A stretch of DNA of 61,953 bases, filler included, from Globobulimina sp. (taxonomy: Eukaryota), in assembly GCA_003354225.1 (NCBI GenBank). It is 30 parts of 30 records of this genome, joined end to end, with 100 filler letters (N's around TTAATTAATTAA, not from the genome) between each part and the next. Parts side by side here need not be neighbours in the genome. Positions count along the whole stretch, not along the records: positions 37,249 to 39,216 come from PIVH01010128.1; positions 39,317 to 41,284 come from PIVH01010129.1; positions 41,385 to 43,351 come from PIVH01010130.1; positions 43,452 to 45,418 come from PIVH01010131.1; positions 45,519 to 47,485 come from PIVH01010132.1; 25 more parts are not named here. The stretch is one strand, 5' to 3'. The position numbers and the translations under genes are program-made. How positions within the stretch are numbered: position 1 is the first letter of the stretch; every line of letters begins with the position of its first letter. Under the pieces are notes generated by a model. That model saw nothing but the letters and a program-made list of their open reading frames with translations, had not been told where the DNA came from and did not search any database. Of this stretch, positions 37,424-47,585 are shown piece by piece.

Positions 37424-37671
37424 CCGAACTCGGCTAATGCATAAAATAGCAGTGGCATTGGTGCGGCGAGGGTGTGTCTCTAGGAGATGCGCAAGCTCTG
37501 GGCCCGCCGTGAAACGGATATCCATATTATCATGCCTTTGTCTAATGTAATTAGTGAAAGAATATATGTATTTCGAACGTTTGAAGGCAACAAGGAGGCC
37601 GGGAGTAGCCGAGAGGCGACGAACGGCCGAAAAGCCGGAAATAAGCGAGAATATTGTAAAACAAAACAAAA

Positions 37672-37745
37672 TAGTTCTGGTGAGAATCGAACTCACTTCC
37701 TCGAACGCACTAGGTCCGATGCACTACCGGTAGTGCTACAGAACT
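37672..37745 (-). tRNA. tRNA-like gene, nominal anticodon AGT (Thr), non-canonical
   Basis: AGTTCTG-TA-GCAC-TACCGGTA-GTGC-A-TCGGAC-CTAGTGC-GTTCGA-GGAA-GTGAG-TTCGATT-CTCAC-CAGAACT-A; all four stems pair; B box GTTCGATTC; TTTT immediately downstream. Confidence 0.8.
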
Positions 37746-37826
37746 ACAGATTTCTAAAGCATTAATACTGCGTTTATAATGTGGTTATAAAACTTAGCTT
37801 TTATGTCATCAATAAATAGGTTGAAT

Positions 37827-38334
37827 CTATTTTGAACATAAAATGTTTTTGTACGAATTGGATAATTTCAGCCACACCCATTCGGCTCCTTCGGCTATTT
37901 TTGGATTCAATGAACCACACCATGTACAGTTTGAAATTAAATCGGTTCTTTCCTCGTAGCATCGGTTGTCGCAATTCCAAAATAATTTTGACAAACAATA
38001 ATTGGCTGTTCCGTCTTGTACAGTGCGAGATAGGCAGTGGCTGAAAATGTTGACATACATTTACTGCATAAATTATACACATTTCTTACTAAAATAATGG
38101 GAAAGTGTGGTCAGGGAATGGGATCTTCGGAGTCAAACTGACGGTGTAAGGAGGATCGAAGGGGTTATCGGACTTAATATGAGTCAAAAAAGTGGCATAT
38201 TCGACCTTGGTCAATACAATAGGCAAATTTTGTGGAACATTAAACAATAGGATTCGGCCATTTTTCGGTTTGACAGAAATACCACAATTTATTTCGTTTT
38301 GTAAAAATAAGGGAGTGTAGCTGTGTTTGAACAT
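37827..38334 (-). CDS. Orphan Cys-rich protein, 152 aa; exons 38334-38090 and 38040-37827
   Basis: 49-nt intron GTAAGA...TTTTCAG (38089-38041) joins two ORFs in frame; a second GTAAGT...TTCAG segment lies in the 5' leader. Confidence 0.7.
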
Positions 38335-38418
38335 TTTGCGTTGCTACACTGAATTAAAGTTAAGCTTTGCTTGATTAAATATGCGGCCTCACGACTTACA
38401 GTTTTTGTTAAGTTTTAA

Positions 38419-38450
38419 GGGCGGAGTCTTCTTTATTGATTGTCACGTCA
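38419..38450. promoter_or_regulatory. Candidate bidirectional promoter: GC box and CRE/ATF-like site
   Basis: GGGCGGAGTC (38419-38428) and TGTCACGTCA (38441-38450) between divergent ATGs at 38334 and 38503. Confidence 0.5.
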
Positions 38451-38502
38451 TTTTGCCGATTAACTTGGGCGCCCTTTGACATTTCTAAAAAAGATATTGG
38501 TC

Positions 38503-38748
38503 ATGTCCGGTCGTGTAGAAAAGAAAGAGTATATGGTAAAGAAAAGTTAAATGTAGTAAATTAATAATTTTGCCCTAATTTAGTTGCAAGTTGTGGCCAC
38601 TACCGAAGAGGTTACTGTTACAATTTCCAGCCCATTTTACGACCCTATGGAAGGAAACCGATTGATAGTGAAAAGAACCAAAGATTTGAGCGAAGAAAAC
38701 GTTCTTAGAGAAACCATAGAAATTGTCAATTTGAAAATAGCCGATTAA
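38503..38748 (+). CDS. Orphan small protein, 65 aa; exons 38503-38535 and 38584-38748
   Basis: MSGRVEKKEYM|LQVVATTEEV...LKIAD*; 48-nt GTAAAG...TTTAG intron; AATAAA at 38763. Confidence 0.6.
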
Positions 38749-38880
38749 TATTTTACACAACCAATAAAAAATATCACAATTCTGTCTACTATACATCGAA
38801 GTTGTCTCACTTGCCAAAAAAAATTTGCATCGATGGAGCAATGAAATCTGTTTTTATAAAAACTCCCAATTTCGAAATAG

Positions 38881-38957
38881 GTCACATGACCGTCTAGACG
38901 TTCTGTCTGGAGGAGGCGGAGCCTGGGAAATTTTTGTCATTGTTAGAAAAAATGGCC
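38881..38957 (+). promoter_or_regulatory. Candidate promoter: E-box, GC box and YY1-like motif
   Basis: GTCACATGAC (38881-38890), GGAGGCGGAGCC (38912-38923), AAAATGGCC overlapping the ATG at 38952. Confidence 0.45.
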
Positions 38958-39216
38958 ACCTGGAACGACGACTGGCGATTCGACGGATCCAACGTCAAAG
39001 TGGGATAGATAATTAAGTTTTTTGTAATTAATAAAATTAATTTAGGTTTGCGTAAAGTTCGGGGAACGAGACAAAGAGGTTCAATTGATGAGACGAAGAG
39101 GTTCAATTCCATAAGACGTTTCTTGACTTTCAGATCATTGACCGACAAAAATCTGTCCTGAACCGAAGCGGCAAGGCTAAAACATACTCGTTTCAAGAAA
39201 TTTGGTCTAGACCGTC
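38952..39216 (+). CDS. Orphan protein, 5' part; introns 39000-39045 and 39079-39133
   Basis: MATWNDDWRFDGSNVK|VCVKFGERDKE|IIDRQKSVLNRSGK...; 46- and 55-nt phase-0 GT-AG introns keep the frame open. Confidence 0.55.
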
Positions 39217-39316
39217 NNNNNNNNNNNNNNNNNNNNNNNNNNNNNNNNNNNNNNNNNNNNTTAATTAATTAANNNNNNNNNNNNNNNNNNNNNNNNNNNN
39301 NNNNNNNNNNNNNNNN

Positions 39317-41284
39317 CAAACGATATGAAGAAAAAAGAAGAAAAAAAGAAGAAAAAAAGCAACGATATCAAGCACAAAGAGCCCAAATTCAACAACAACA
39401 ATTATTTAAACAAGTTGAACAAACAAAGAAATATCAAGAGACATATTATTATAAAATATTGTTGGAACAAGACACAAAACATTTTATTCCATTAAATAAA
39501 TTTTGGGCAAGTTATGGCATTCAAATATTAGATGACAATGAAAGTGAATGTAATAAAGCATTTTTAAGTAAATATTTCTTATTTGCCACAAGTTCATTAA
39601 ATGAGATATTATGTGTGTTGGCTGTGATGGATATGCCCTTCAATAATGACAATATTGTACCAGAGTTTAAATATGGTGAACATGGCGTAAATGATCGGAG
39701 TGTTCGATTAATTGCTCAGTCAGCCACCATATTATTTGCAAAAGAATTAAAAGAACAATTACAAGAAGCAAAGGAAGAGAAAAAAGAAAAAGAAACGGAG
39801 CCTGAAACAAAACAAGAATCAATCTCTATCCACGTTGTATATTTTGATCCAAATGATAGATATGGCACAGATGAGAATGGTGAGAGAATGGATAAATTTG
39901 TCAATAAATATGACATGAGATGTGGTAAAATCTACGCCTGTTTAGCAATATTAACAAATGTATCATCCATACGACAAAGAGTGGAGATATTATGTCAAAT
40001 TCCTACGGGATCAATACCTGTCAATGGCGGATTTAGAACAAAAACGAATTTTATTACATTGTCTGCATATTCTGTGCATAAATTTGAATTTTATTTTTAT
40101 TTTCCTCACAACTGTGCAAAAGGTAAACCGTTCCGGCAATATCCAATTGTTGTTACAAAGAAAAATAAAATTATTGGTTCCTCAAAAAAATCAAATGCAG
40201 ACAAATGTAAAATTATTGTAAAAGATGCAGATAAGAATAAGAAATTAGATATTAAATCATGGAATGATGTAACACTTAATGGCACCAATGAGGATATTTT
40301 GGTATATTTACAATCACATAATTTAAATAAATTAGATCTTACGAGAATTTATTATAAATTAAATAGTGACATTGCATTTTATGATAATTTAATACAATTA
40401 TTATCCTCACAAAGTTATTATGATGCAAATATTTGGGCGATACAATTATTTTATTTTAAAAAAGCAGTAAAAGACGAAAAAAGGAGAAAGATTGTGTTTG
40501 AATATTTATTGATGAATAACACATTTAAATCATTATTATCGCCATATTTCCAATCTAAGCAGTTTGAATACGATGATTTAAATAATAATAAATATAATTA
40601 TTTGGAATATATTCCATTAGTTAATGCAAGAGCTCATTTATTAGGACAAAAAAGGAAAATTTTAAATGATTCTTTTAAGAGCCAATATGAGAAATGTTTA
40701 CGTCGATGTACATATAGCTCGACATCGATTTTTGATTTACAATATAATGATATTTTATCACTTTTATATTATTTATTATTACAGGATCGTATCGAAGAAG
40801 CATTGAATGTGTATTCAATTATACACAATGATAAAATCTTATATTATGAGATTGAAAATAAAGTACCAATTTGTTTTGATTATTTTAAGGCGTATATGGC
40901 ATTATTTATAGATGATAGTGGTGATAAAGAAGGAACGGATGAAGGCATTGATAATGCTATCAAGATTGCGCAAGATATTCAGAAGAAATATGAAAATATG
41001 CAATTAATATCATCGAAAAGAAAATTATTTGAGGATATCGCAGTGTTATTATCCGATTTAAATGAATATAAAAGAGACGATGATGCTGATCAGGAATCGA
41101 TTGTTCATGGCATTGGTGATAGAGATAGAACAATGAAAAAATTGGCTGATAAAACCCCATCATTAGATTTTGAGATAAATGGCGCCGAAAGAAAATTAAT
41201 TATAACAACTGCAAATATTAATAAAATAACTGTAAATTTTTATACCATGAATACAGAAATATTATTTTCAAACTCACCATTTTT
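39317..41284 (+). CDS. Internal fragment of a very large conserved uncharacterised protein
   Basis: More than 600 open codons; LCQIPTGSIPV, FYFP, LEYIPLVNARAHLLG, YYLLLQDRIEEAL, FY.MN.EILFSNSPF. Confidence 0.8.
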
Positions 41285-41464
41285 NNNNNNNNNNNNNNNN
41301 NNNNNNNNNNNNNNNNNNNNNNNNNNNNTTAATTAATTAANNNNNNNNNNNNNNNNNNNNNNNNNNNNNNNNNNNNNNNNNNNNTTTACGCACTTATTAA
41401 GCTTTGTTTTTTCTGCGTAAACTTTTATTTCAGTTTTAAATTTAAAAACTTTTAAAAACGTTAC

Positions 41465-43024
41465 ATGATGGCTTCAGCAATCACAGAAAAGGATCCAGAG
41501 GTGTCCACGGTTGAAGATCCATTAATGGGTACTTCTGAAATATTATACAGACACTGTCATGAACTCGATGATAAAAAAGACGAGGAAAAAGATGAGGAAG
41601 CGGAGGAGGAGGAAGATACGGAGTTGAAAGATGCGGAGGATACGGAGGTGAAAGATGCGGAGGATACGGAGGTGAAAGATGCGGAGGATACGGAGGTGAA
41701 AGATGCGGAGGAGGAGGAGAAGGAGGTATTTACGGTTGAAAAGTGGATTCCCATGCATTTAACGGCGATAGATTCGGCCAGCCGTAATCGGTTATTTGCC
41801 AAGTGGCTCGGTATCAAAGATTTACCAGATAATTGTCAAACCAAAACAGTTATTACAGCCGTGCTTGATCTAAATGTCACTTTTGAAGATTTTGATGAAA
41901 TGACAAAAGAGTTTGATAAGTTTGTTGAAATGAAAGAAGATTTTGATGAAATGAAAAAGAATGGATGTCCCATATGTCTTAAGCTATTTGATGAAGGTGA
42001 CGATGTTGTTGAAGATGACGTTGTTGCTGCGCTCTCCGGATGTTCTCATCTTTTCCATAAAGGGTGCATTGATATTTGGAAATTGGTTAAGTGATCCGTA
42101 TGCGATTAAACATGCATATAATACAATACATATATACAGATAGCCAATCAGTGCCCTATGTGCAGGACGAGATTTACTTATATTGAACACAGAGCGGGTA
42201 CTCACAGTTCACACAGAGAAGCAGTATCAGATGCTGAACAGAAAAACGATGATCCATTAATGGAAGATTACGTGACCGGTTTGGATGAGCAACCGTGTTC
42301 TATTTGTGAAGGAATGGATCAATCTGAATTAGCTTTATTATGTGATGCATGCGACAAATGTTTCCATACATTTTGTGTTGGATTAGCTGATGTTCCAGAA
42401 GGTTGTTGGTTTTGCGATACATGTTCAATGTTACTGTTTGACTGTGTCAGTGTCAGTGACAGCGACAGTGACTTCAATCTTGAACAAGAACAAAGGAAAA
42501 AGAAAGGAAAAAGGAAAAGAAAAGAAAGGAAAAAGAAAAAAAAAAGAAAAAAAAAACGGATTGAACTGAGCAATCAACATAATAATAATCATAATGATAA
42601 TCATAATCATAAAGATATCGACAGCCTTGTGAAGATCGTGGAAATCTTACAAATGGAAAATATCAGCCGTGACAAGAACAAATATGACGAAAGGAGGAAA
42701 CAGAGGAAAAAACAGAGGAAAAAACAGACGAAAAAATATGTTTCTGTAGTGAGAAGGAAAAGGAAAAGGAAAAGGAAAAGGAGACAGGCGACACACATAA
42801 TACCAATGACAAAGAGGAGACGATTAACTAATAACAATGACAATAACAAAAATAATAACAACAGCAAAGATGAAGCGGATGCTTTTATTATGGAAGAAAT
42901 TTATGATTACAACGGCAAAGAGGAAGCGGATGATTTTACTATGGAAGAAATTTATGATAACAACGGCAAAGAGGAAGCGGATGATTTTACTATGAAGGAA
43001 ATCTATTATACTAATGATAAATAA
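41465..43024 (+). CDS. RING-H2 and PHD finger protein (PHRF1-like architecture); intron 42086-42139
   Basis: CPIC...CSHLFHKGCIDIWKL|IANQCPMCR completed by splicing; PHD CSIC...LLCDACDKCFHTFC...WFCDTC; basic NLS-like tracts. Confidence 0.88.
41615..41710 (+). repeat. Coding minisatellite, 4 x 24 bp (DTEVKDAE)
   Basis: GATACGGAGGTGAAAGATGCGGAG tandem copies; first copy has one mismatch. Confidence 0.95.
42864..43016 (+). repeat. Coding minisatellite, 3 x 51 bp (KEEADDFTMEEIYDNNG)
   Basis: Units start at 42864, 42915 and 42966. Confidence 0.93.
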
Positions 43025-43978
43025 CGATTTGACGGTTTTCATGTTATTTAATATTTAATATTTAATACATAGTTTTTGGGTCTTCACAAATTTTTGTAGT
43101 ACTTCGACATCTTTAATCATGCCAATTCAAACAGGAAGGCAGGCCAGAGAAGAGGAGAAAAAATTCAAACAAGAAATGGCGGAATCCGGAAAAAAATATT
43201 ATTACTTTAATTATTCGGAAAAGACTAAATTAGCAACGTGGCAATTTACAAATTATTTTATAAATGAAAAGTTGAACTTAAATCGTGAGGTGTGTGCGAA
43301 GAACGGTCAAAAAAGGTTAATTTATGCAAGCAAGCATGTTAAAAACGAAGANNNNNNNNNNNNNNNNNNNNNNNNNNNNNNNNNNNNNNNNNNNNTTAAT
43401 TAATTAANNNNNNNNNNNNNNNNNNNNNNNNNNNNNNNNNNNNNNNNNNNNAAACGGTGAACACATGATTTGTTATGATGATGTGATCTTGACTAAGTTT
43501 TGGAATAGTTTTGAATTAAAATCTTAAAATCAGGCATCATGTGTTAATATAACAGTGCGGGGTTCTAATTATTCCACCAATCATTCTAAAACAACGTGAT
43601 GTTCCTTGCAGCTGCAACTATATTTTGTAATTATCACTGTTTACGATAAATCGCATCACCGATATCGGACATTGACATTTACATTTTACAATTCGCAAAC
43701 TAATCATTTCATTATCAAATTGAATTAAACATTAATAAAGTGCACAGAAAACATGTTGAACACATTAGTAGCAATATCATTGTGTATGAATGGGATAATT
43801 GGTGATCACAAAATATCTGACCAATCCTCCAGACGATAAGAAAAATATATCCGGATCTGAAATTACCAATCGATTCGAATCCGGAGCCGCAAACTCCCGC
43901 AGTGCTGTCATCGCCGTATCAGAGCCTCGACCTCCAAACACCAAAAGAAGGAACAATCCCATCACCACAAGCAACAAT

Positions 43979-44393
43979 GAGTCAACAATCCGGTACAACA
44001 TCTACCAATGCATCAGTAGTAGAAACAGCAACGAGGTCAGAAATGGGAATGGTTCAACAACCTGATGTTGTTGCTGAATCGCGTCGAAATGAGCGTGAAC
44101 GAAGTATAAAAGAATGCGAATTTTGTTGTTGTTGCAAACTAAAAAAATATCATTCAGTTCGCAGAGATAATAAACGTATACATACAGCCGGCGGTGGTAA
44201 TGGTGGTCAAGATGATGAAGGAAAGATTGTGATGCAATTTTGCCGTAGAAAATGTGGAGAGGTTTTAAAAAAATGTGCAACAAAGGCAACAGCAAAACTT
44301 TGTGCAGCAGGCACGACTGTAATTAGTGGCATTGTGTACGGACTTTCATGTCATAGCACTGTTTTGGAAGCGCTGCCTTTTTGTGTTTCTTGA
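43979..44393 (+). CDS. Small Cys-rich hypothetical protein
   Basis: MSQQSGTT...CEFCCCC...; hydrophobic C-terminus. Confidence 0.45.
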
Positions 44394-44598
44394 TTCATTT
44401 TTCTGTTTTCTTTTGATGTTTTAAATTTAGAATTGTTTGCACGTCACCCAATCGATATCCATACAGTCGCTTTTCACTGCTAACAATTTATATAAATTAA
44501 AGCACCAATGCACCTTGCGTTTAACATTTACACCTTGCGTTTAAAAATTAAAAAAAAACGTTTTCTAAAGTGAATGATCAAGTATAGTGGGGGAACAT

Positions 44599-45418
44599 TC
44601 AGCCAGGATCTAAGTCTGGCTCCATGCTCACCGATTGCTTAAACATCCCGGCGAGAGAGTAAAGTTGATTGGGTATGATACCCTGGGGATAGAGGTAGGA
44701 TTTGTATTTAGCGTATCTGATTGAATTGAAATTTGTTGTGATTAAGTTGGAGTTGCGGGGATGTTGCCGTCCTATATCTGCAAGAATGTCTGCAATTTGG
44801 TTGAAAGGCTGTTGGTAAGGTTTGGTATGTGATTTCACCTTCCAGAGTATGATTTTGTTGCGTTTGATGTAATTTTGTGTGTTTTTGAACAGGATAGATA
44901 GCGGTTTCTTATTTGAATGTTTTGGGGTGATTATCAATGGTAGGAAGTTAAAAAGGGAATCAGTGAATATTAGAATTCGTCGATTGGTAGTGTCTATGTT
45001 GCAGTGATTGATGAGGAATTCTGATTTATGAATGGCATATAGTTCACCATAGTGGTTGGACTGCGGTCCTATTGGTTGTGCAAAGCAGTGTATTTTATTT
45101 CTGTTTATTATGCATATACCGATACCTGTGGTGTTTGTTTGTGGGTCGCGCGAAGAATTTGTGGCTATTATCAGGTCATTGGTATTAATTTTGTGTTGGT
45201 AGTACTGCCATTCGTTGAAATTATCATTACGTATATGGTACATTATCATTTTTGAAGGGACTAAGTTGTGTTTGCATTGGATACGCTTTATGGTGCTTCT
45301 CCCATTATTTATATCGAGTGTGTGAGTGAGCCAACGATGAGTTTGGGATATTACTTCTTTGTATAAAGTATGTTTGTTTGTATTAATATTTATTTGTTGG
45401 TGTGCATAGGCAAACTTA
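44599..45418 (-). mobile_element. 3' end of a non-LTR retrotransposon ORF: C-terminal RNase H-like domain
   Basis: IATNSS...GIG, NHYGELYAI, IFTDS, LWKVKSH, NQIADILA; frame open to the contig end; ends in DPG*. Confidence 0.8.
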
Positions 45419-45518
45419 NNNNNNNNNNNNNNNNNNNNNNNNNNNNNNNNNNNNNNNNNNNNTTAATTAATTAANNNNNNNNNNNNNNNNNNNNNNNNNN
45501 NNNNNNNNNNNNNNNNNN

Positions 45519-46331
45519 TTCAAATTGGATCAGTACGGTTTCACCAAATATGTTCACTGCCGATTGCATAAATTCGTCCATTAATGAATCGTACTTATCT
45601 TTATATGTTGTTCGTGTTTCTTTGATACCAAAATAATACGTATGCTGCAGCAATTTTTGATTATTTGTCCCGACGTCAATAAGAATGGGCAATAATTGCG
45701 AGGGCGGAATACCTCCGATGGCGGTGTATAGTGCAATTTTGCCGATTGGTATACCCATACCAAAGGCGCCTAAGTCGCCTAAACCTAATATGCGTTCACC
45801 ATCAGTCACCACAATACCTTTCACTTTGTCTTTATTGGGCCATTGGGATAATATACGTTCCACATTGTCAATGTCATGAATGGTGAGCCAGAGGCCATGG
45901 TCAAATCTGTTGAGTACGTATCCCAATTCCAAGCATGCTGCGCCTACCACGGGGGTATAAACAATGGGCATTAATGGTTGGATATTATTTATCAATGTAT
46001 AATAAAATAATTTTAGATTTGTTTCTAAAATAGTCATTAAATAGCTGTATTTATCCAAATCATTTTGCATTTCCGAAAGTGTATTCATCACTAATTTGGA
46101 TTGCAATTCAATACTACGATAACCGTAAGGTAATAATCCATTGATTTGTAAATCATTTCTTTGTTCAGTAGAAAATGCTAAACCGTGATTAGTAAAACGA
46201 TTTTCTAAAATATTGTTTCTAAAATATGGCGCAGCATTACATTCGTCATCAACAGAAATGTCTGCTTGTATTGAATGTACATAAACGTGTAACAAAAGTA
46301 TTAGTGATAGAATGGGTGCTTTTGGTGCCAT
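45519..46331 (-). CDS. NAD(P)-dependent malic enzyme (3'-partial) with N-terminal signal-peptide-like extension
   Basis: NHGLAFS.EQR..L.INGLLP, MPIVYTPVVG.AC, VTDGERILGLGDLG, GMGIPIGK, DVGTNN, LIQFE. Confidence 0.95.
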
Positions 46332-46352
46332 GCTACAGCCCCAGTCCGATGC

Positions 46353-46372
46353 AGAATTTTCAAGAGTTTTCT
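46353..46372. promoter_or_regulatory. HSE-like nGAAn inverted array in a 50-bp divergent intergenic region
   Basis: aGAAttTTCaaGAGttTTCt; similar arrays at 11382-11396 and 28668-28682. Confidence 0.45.
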
Positions 46373-46381
46373 GAATCAAAC

Positions 46382-46951
46382 ATGTCTACTCTCGAAAAGT
46401 CACAGGATGAGGATAAAGAAGACAAAGCATCGTGGCTGGATTGGATATATTCTTATCGCAAACAATTGATTATTGCCGGCTTATTCACATCAATATGTGT
46501 TGGTTGGTATATTTATAAGAAACGCACTAAAAACAAAAAGTATGGAACCTATTATGACAAAATGAACGATTCATATTTGAATATTGATGATCAAATTGAT
46601 GGCAAGCAAATAAGATTTGTGAATGAATGGTTTTCTGTATCATCGGATTTCAGCGCAAATAAATGTAACAATAAGGTATATTTTGATGGTATGCTATCAA
46701 ACGCATCGACGCAAATTGAACATGAACCATTACCTTCAGGAACAATAATGATAATGCCAGAAAACTGGAGGCCAACACAAAGAATAATATATGATTTAAA
46801 GAAGGATAAGTCAAATTATGCAATGTATATGGATATGCATGTTGCGGGTAAAACAGATAAAATTGAGATTCGACCGGATGGACACGTGAGTTTAACTAAT
46901 GGCGCAAACGGGTGGTTCCTAAATCTGACTGGTTGCCATTATGCGTTGTAA
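46382..46951 (+). CDS. Membrane-anchored protein with C-terminal small beta domain
   Basis: TM LIIAGLFTSICVGWYIY then KKR; VYFDG...MPENWRP...IEIRPDGHV...WFLNLTG. Confidence 0.7.
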   Translation: MSTLEKSQDEDKEDKASWLDWIYSYRKQLIIAGLFTSICVGWYIYKKRTKNKKYGTYYDKMNDSYLNIDDQIDGKQIRFVNEWFSVSSDFSANKCNNKVYFDGMLSNASTQIEHEPLPSGTIMIMPENWRPTQRIIYDLKKDKSNYAMYMDMHVAGKTDKIEIRPDGHVSLTNGANGWFLNLTGCHYAL

Positions 46952-47585
46952 ACATAAACACTTTGCAGTTTTCCAAGCTTGTTTGTTTATGAACGGAAAC
47001 TAGCACAAAACACCAAAAAAACTTTTCTTCTTTCTTCCCTTTCATCTTCTCACGCAATCCCTGTCACCCTGCTTCTGGTAATTTTACAGTGTCGTTTCAT
47101 TGCAGCATATGCATGGATCTCTCATTGTAATTCAACATCACAACAGCTCTCCACAACAACATTGAAAAGTTTAAACATCGTTGGTACTTTCAAGGATCCA
47201 TTATTCCTCCACGATGGAAAAATCACAATACAAAATAAAGCAACGAAAGAAATTCATGAAATTCAAAACAATTACTTTTGCCAAACAAGCACAGTAATTG
47301 CAACAAATACGAACACCACGCGCACCAATAAAAAACACCAATCCAAATTGACAAATTTTCTGATTCCTAACAAATCCCAACTACTTAAAGATTCCCCAAA
47401 TATAAATAAGAAATCCAAAATGAGACAAATCACCACAACAATGAGAGATCATGCAATGTTAATTCTATGTAATATACAAATCACCNNNNNNNNNNNNNNN
47501 NNNNNNNNNNNNNNNNNNNNNNNNNNNNNTTAATTAATTAANNNNNNNNNNNNNNNNNNNNNNNNNNNNNNNNNNNNNNNNNNNN

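Noticed and set aside
37249-37670. GC-richer stretch next to a tRNA, first suspected to be rRNA, an organellar fragment or a group I/II intron
   Set aside because: No conserved rRNA or self-splicing intron motif recognised; it reads as coding sequence with spliceosomal-type introns
37709-37715. CTA within the tRNA-like anticodon loop as an amber suppressor
   Set aside because: The paired stem puts AGT, not CTA, at the loop centre after U33; no alternative stem centres CTA
41615-43016. 24-bp and 51-bp repeats as CRISPR-like arrays
   Set aside because: Head-to-tail units with no unique spacers, lengths divisible by three, inside a eukaryotic CDS
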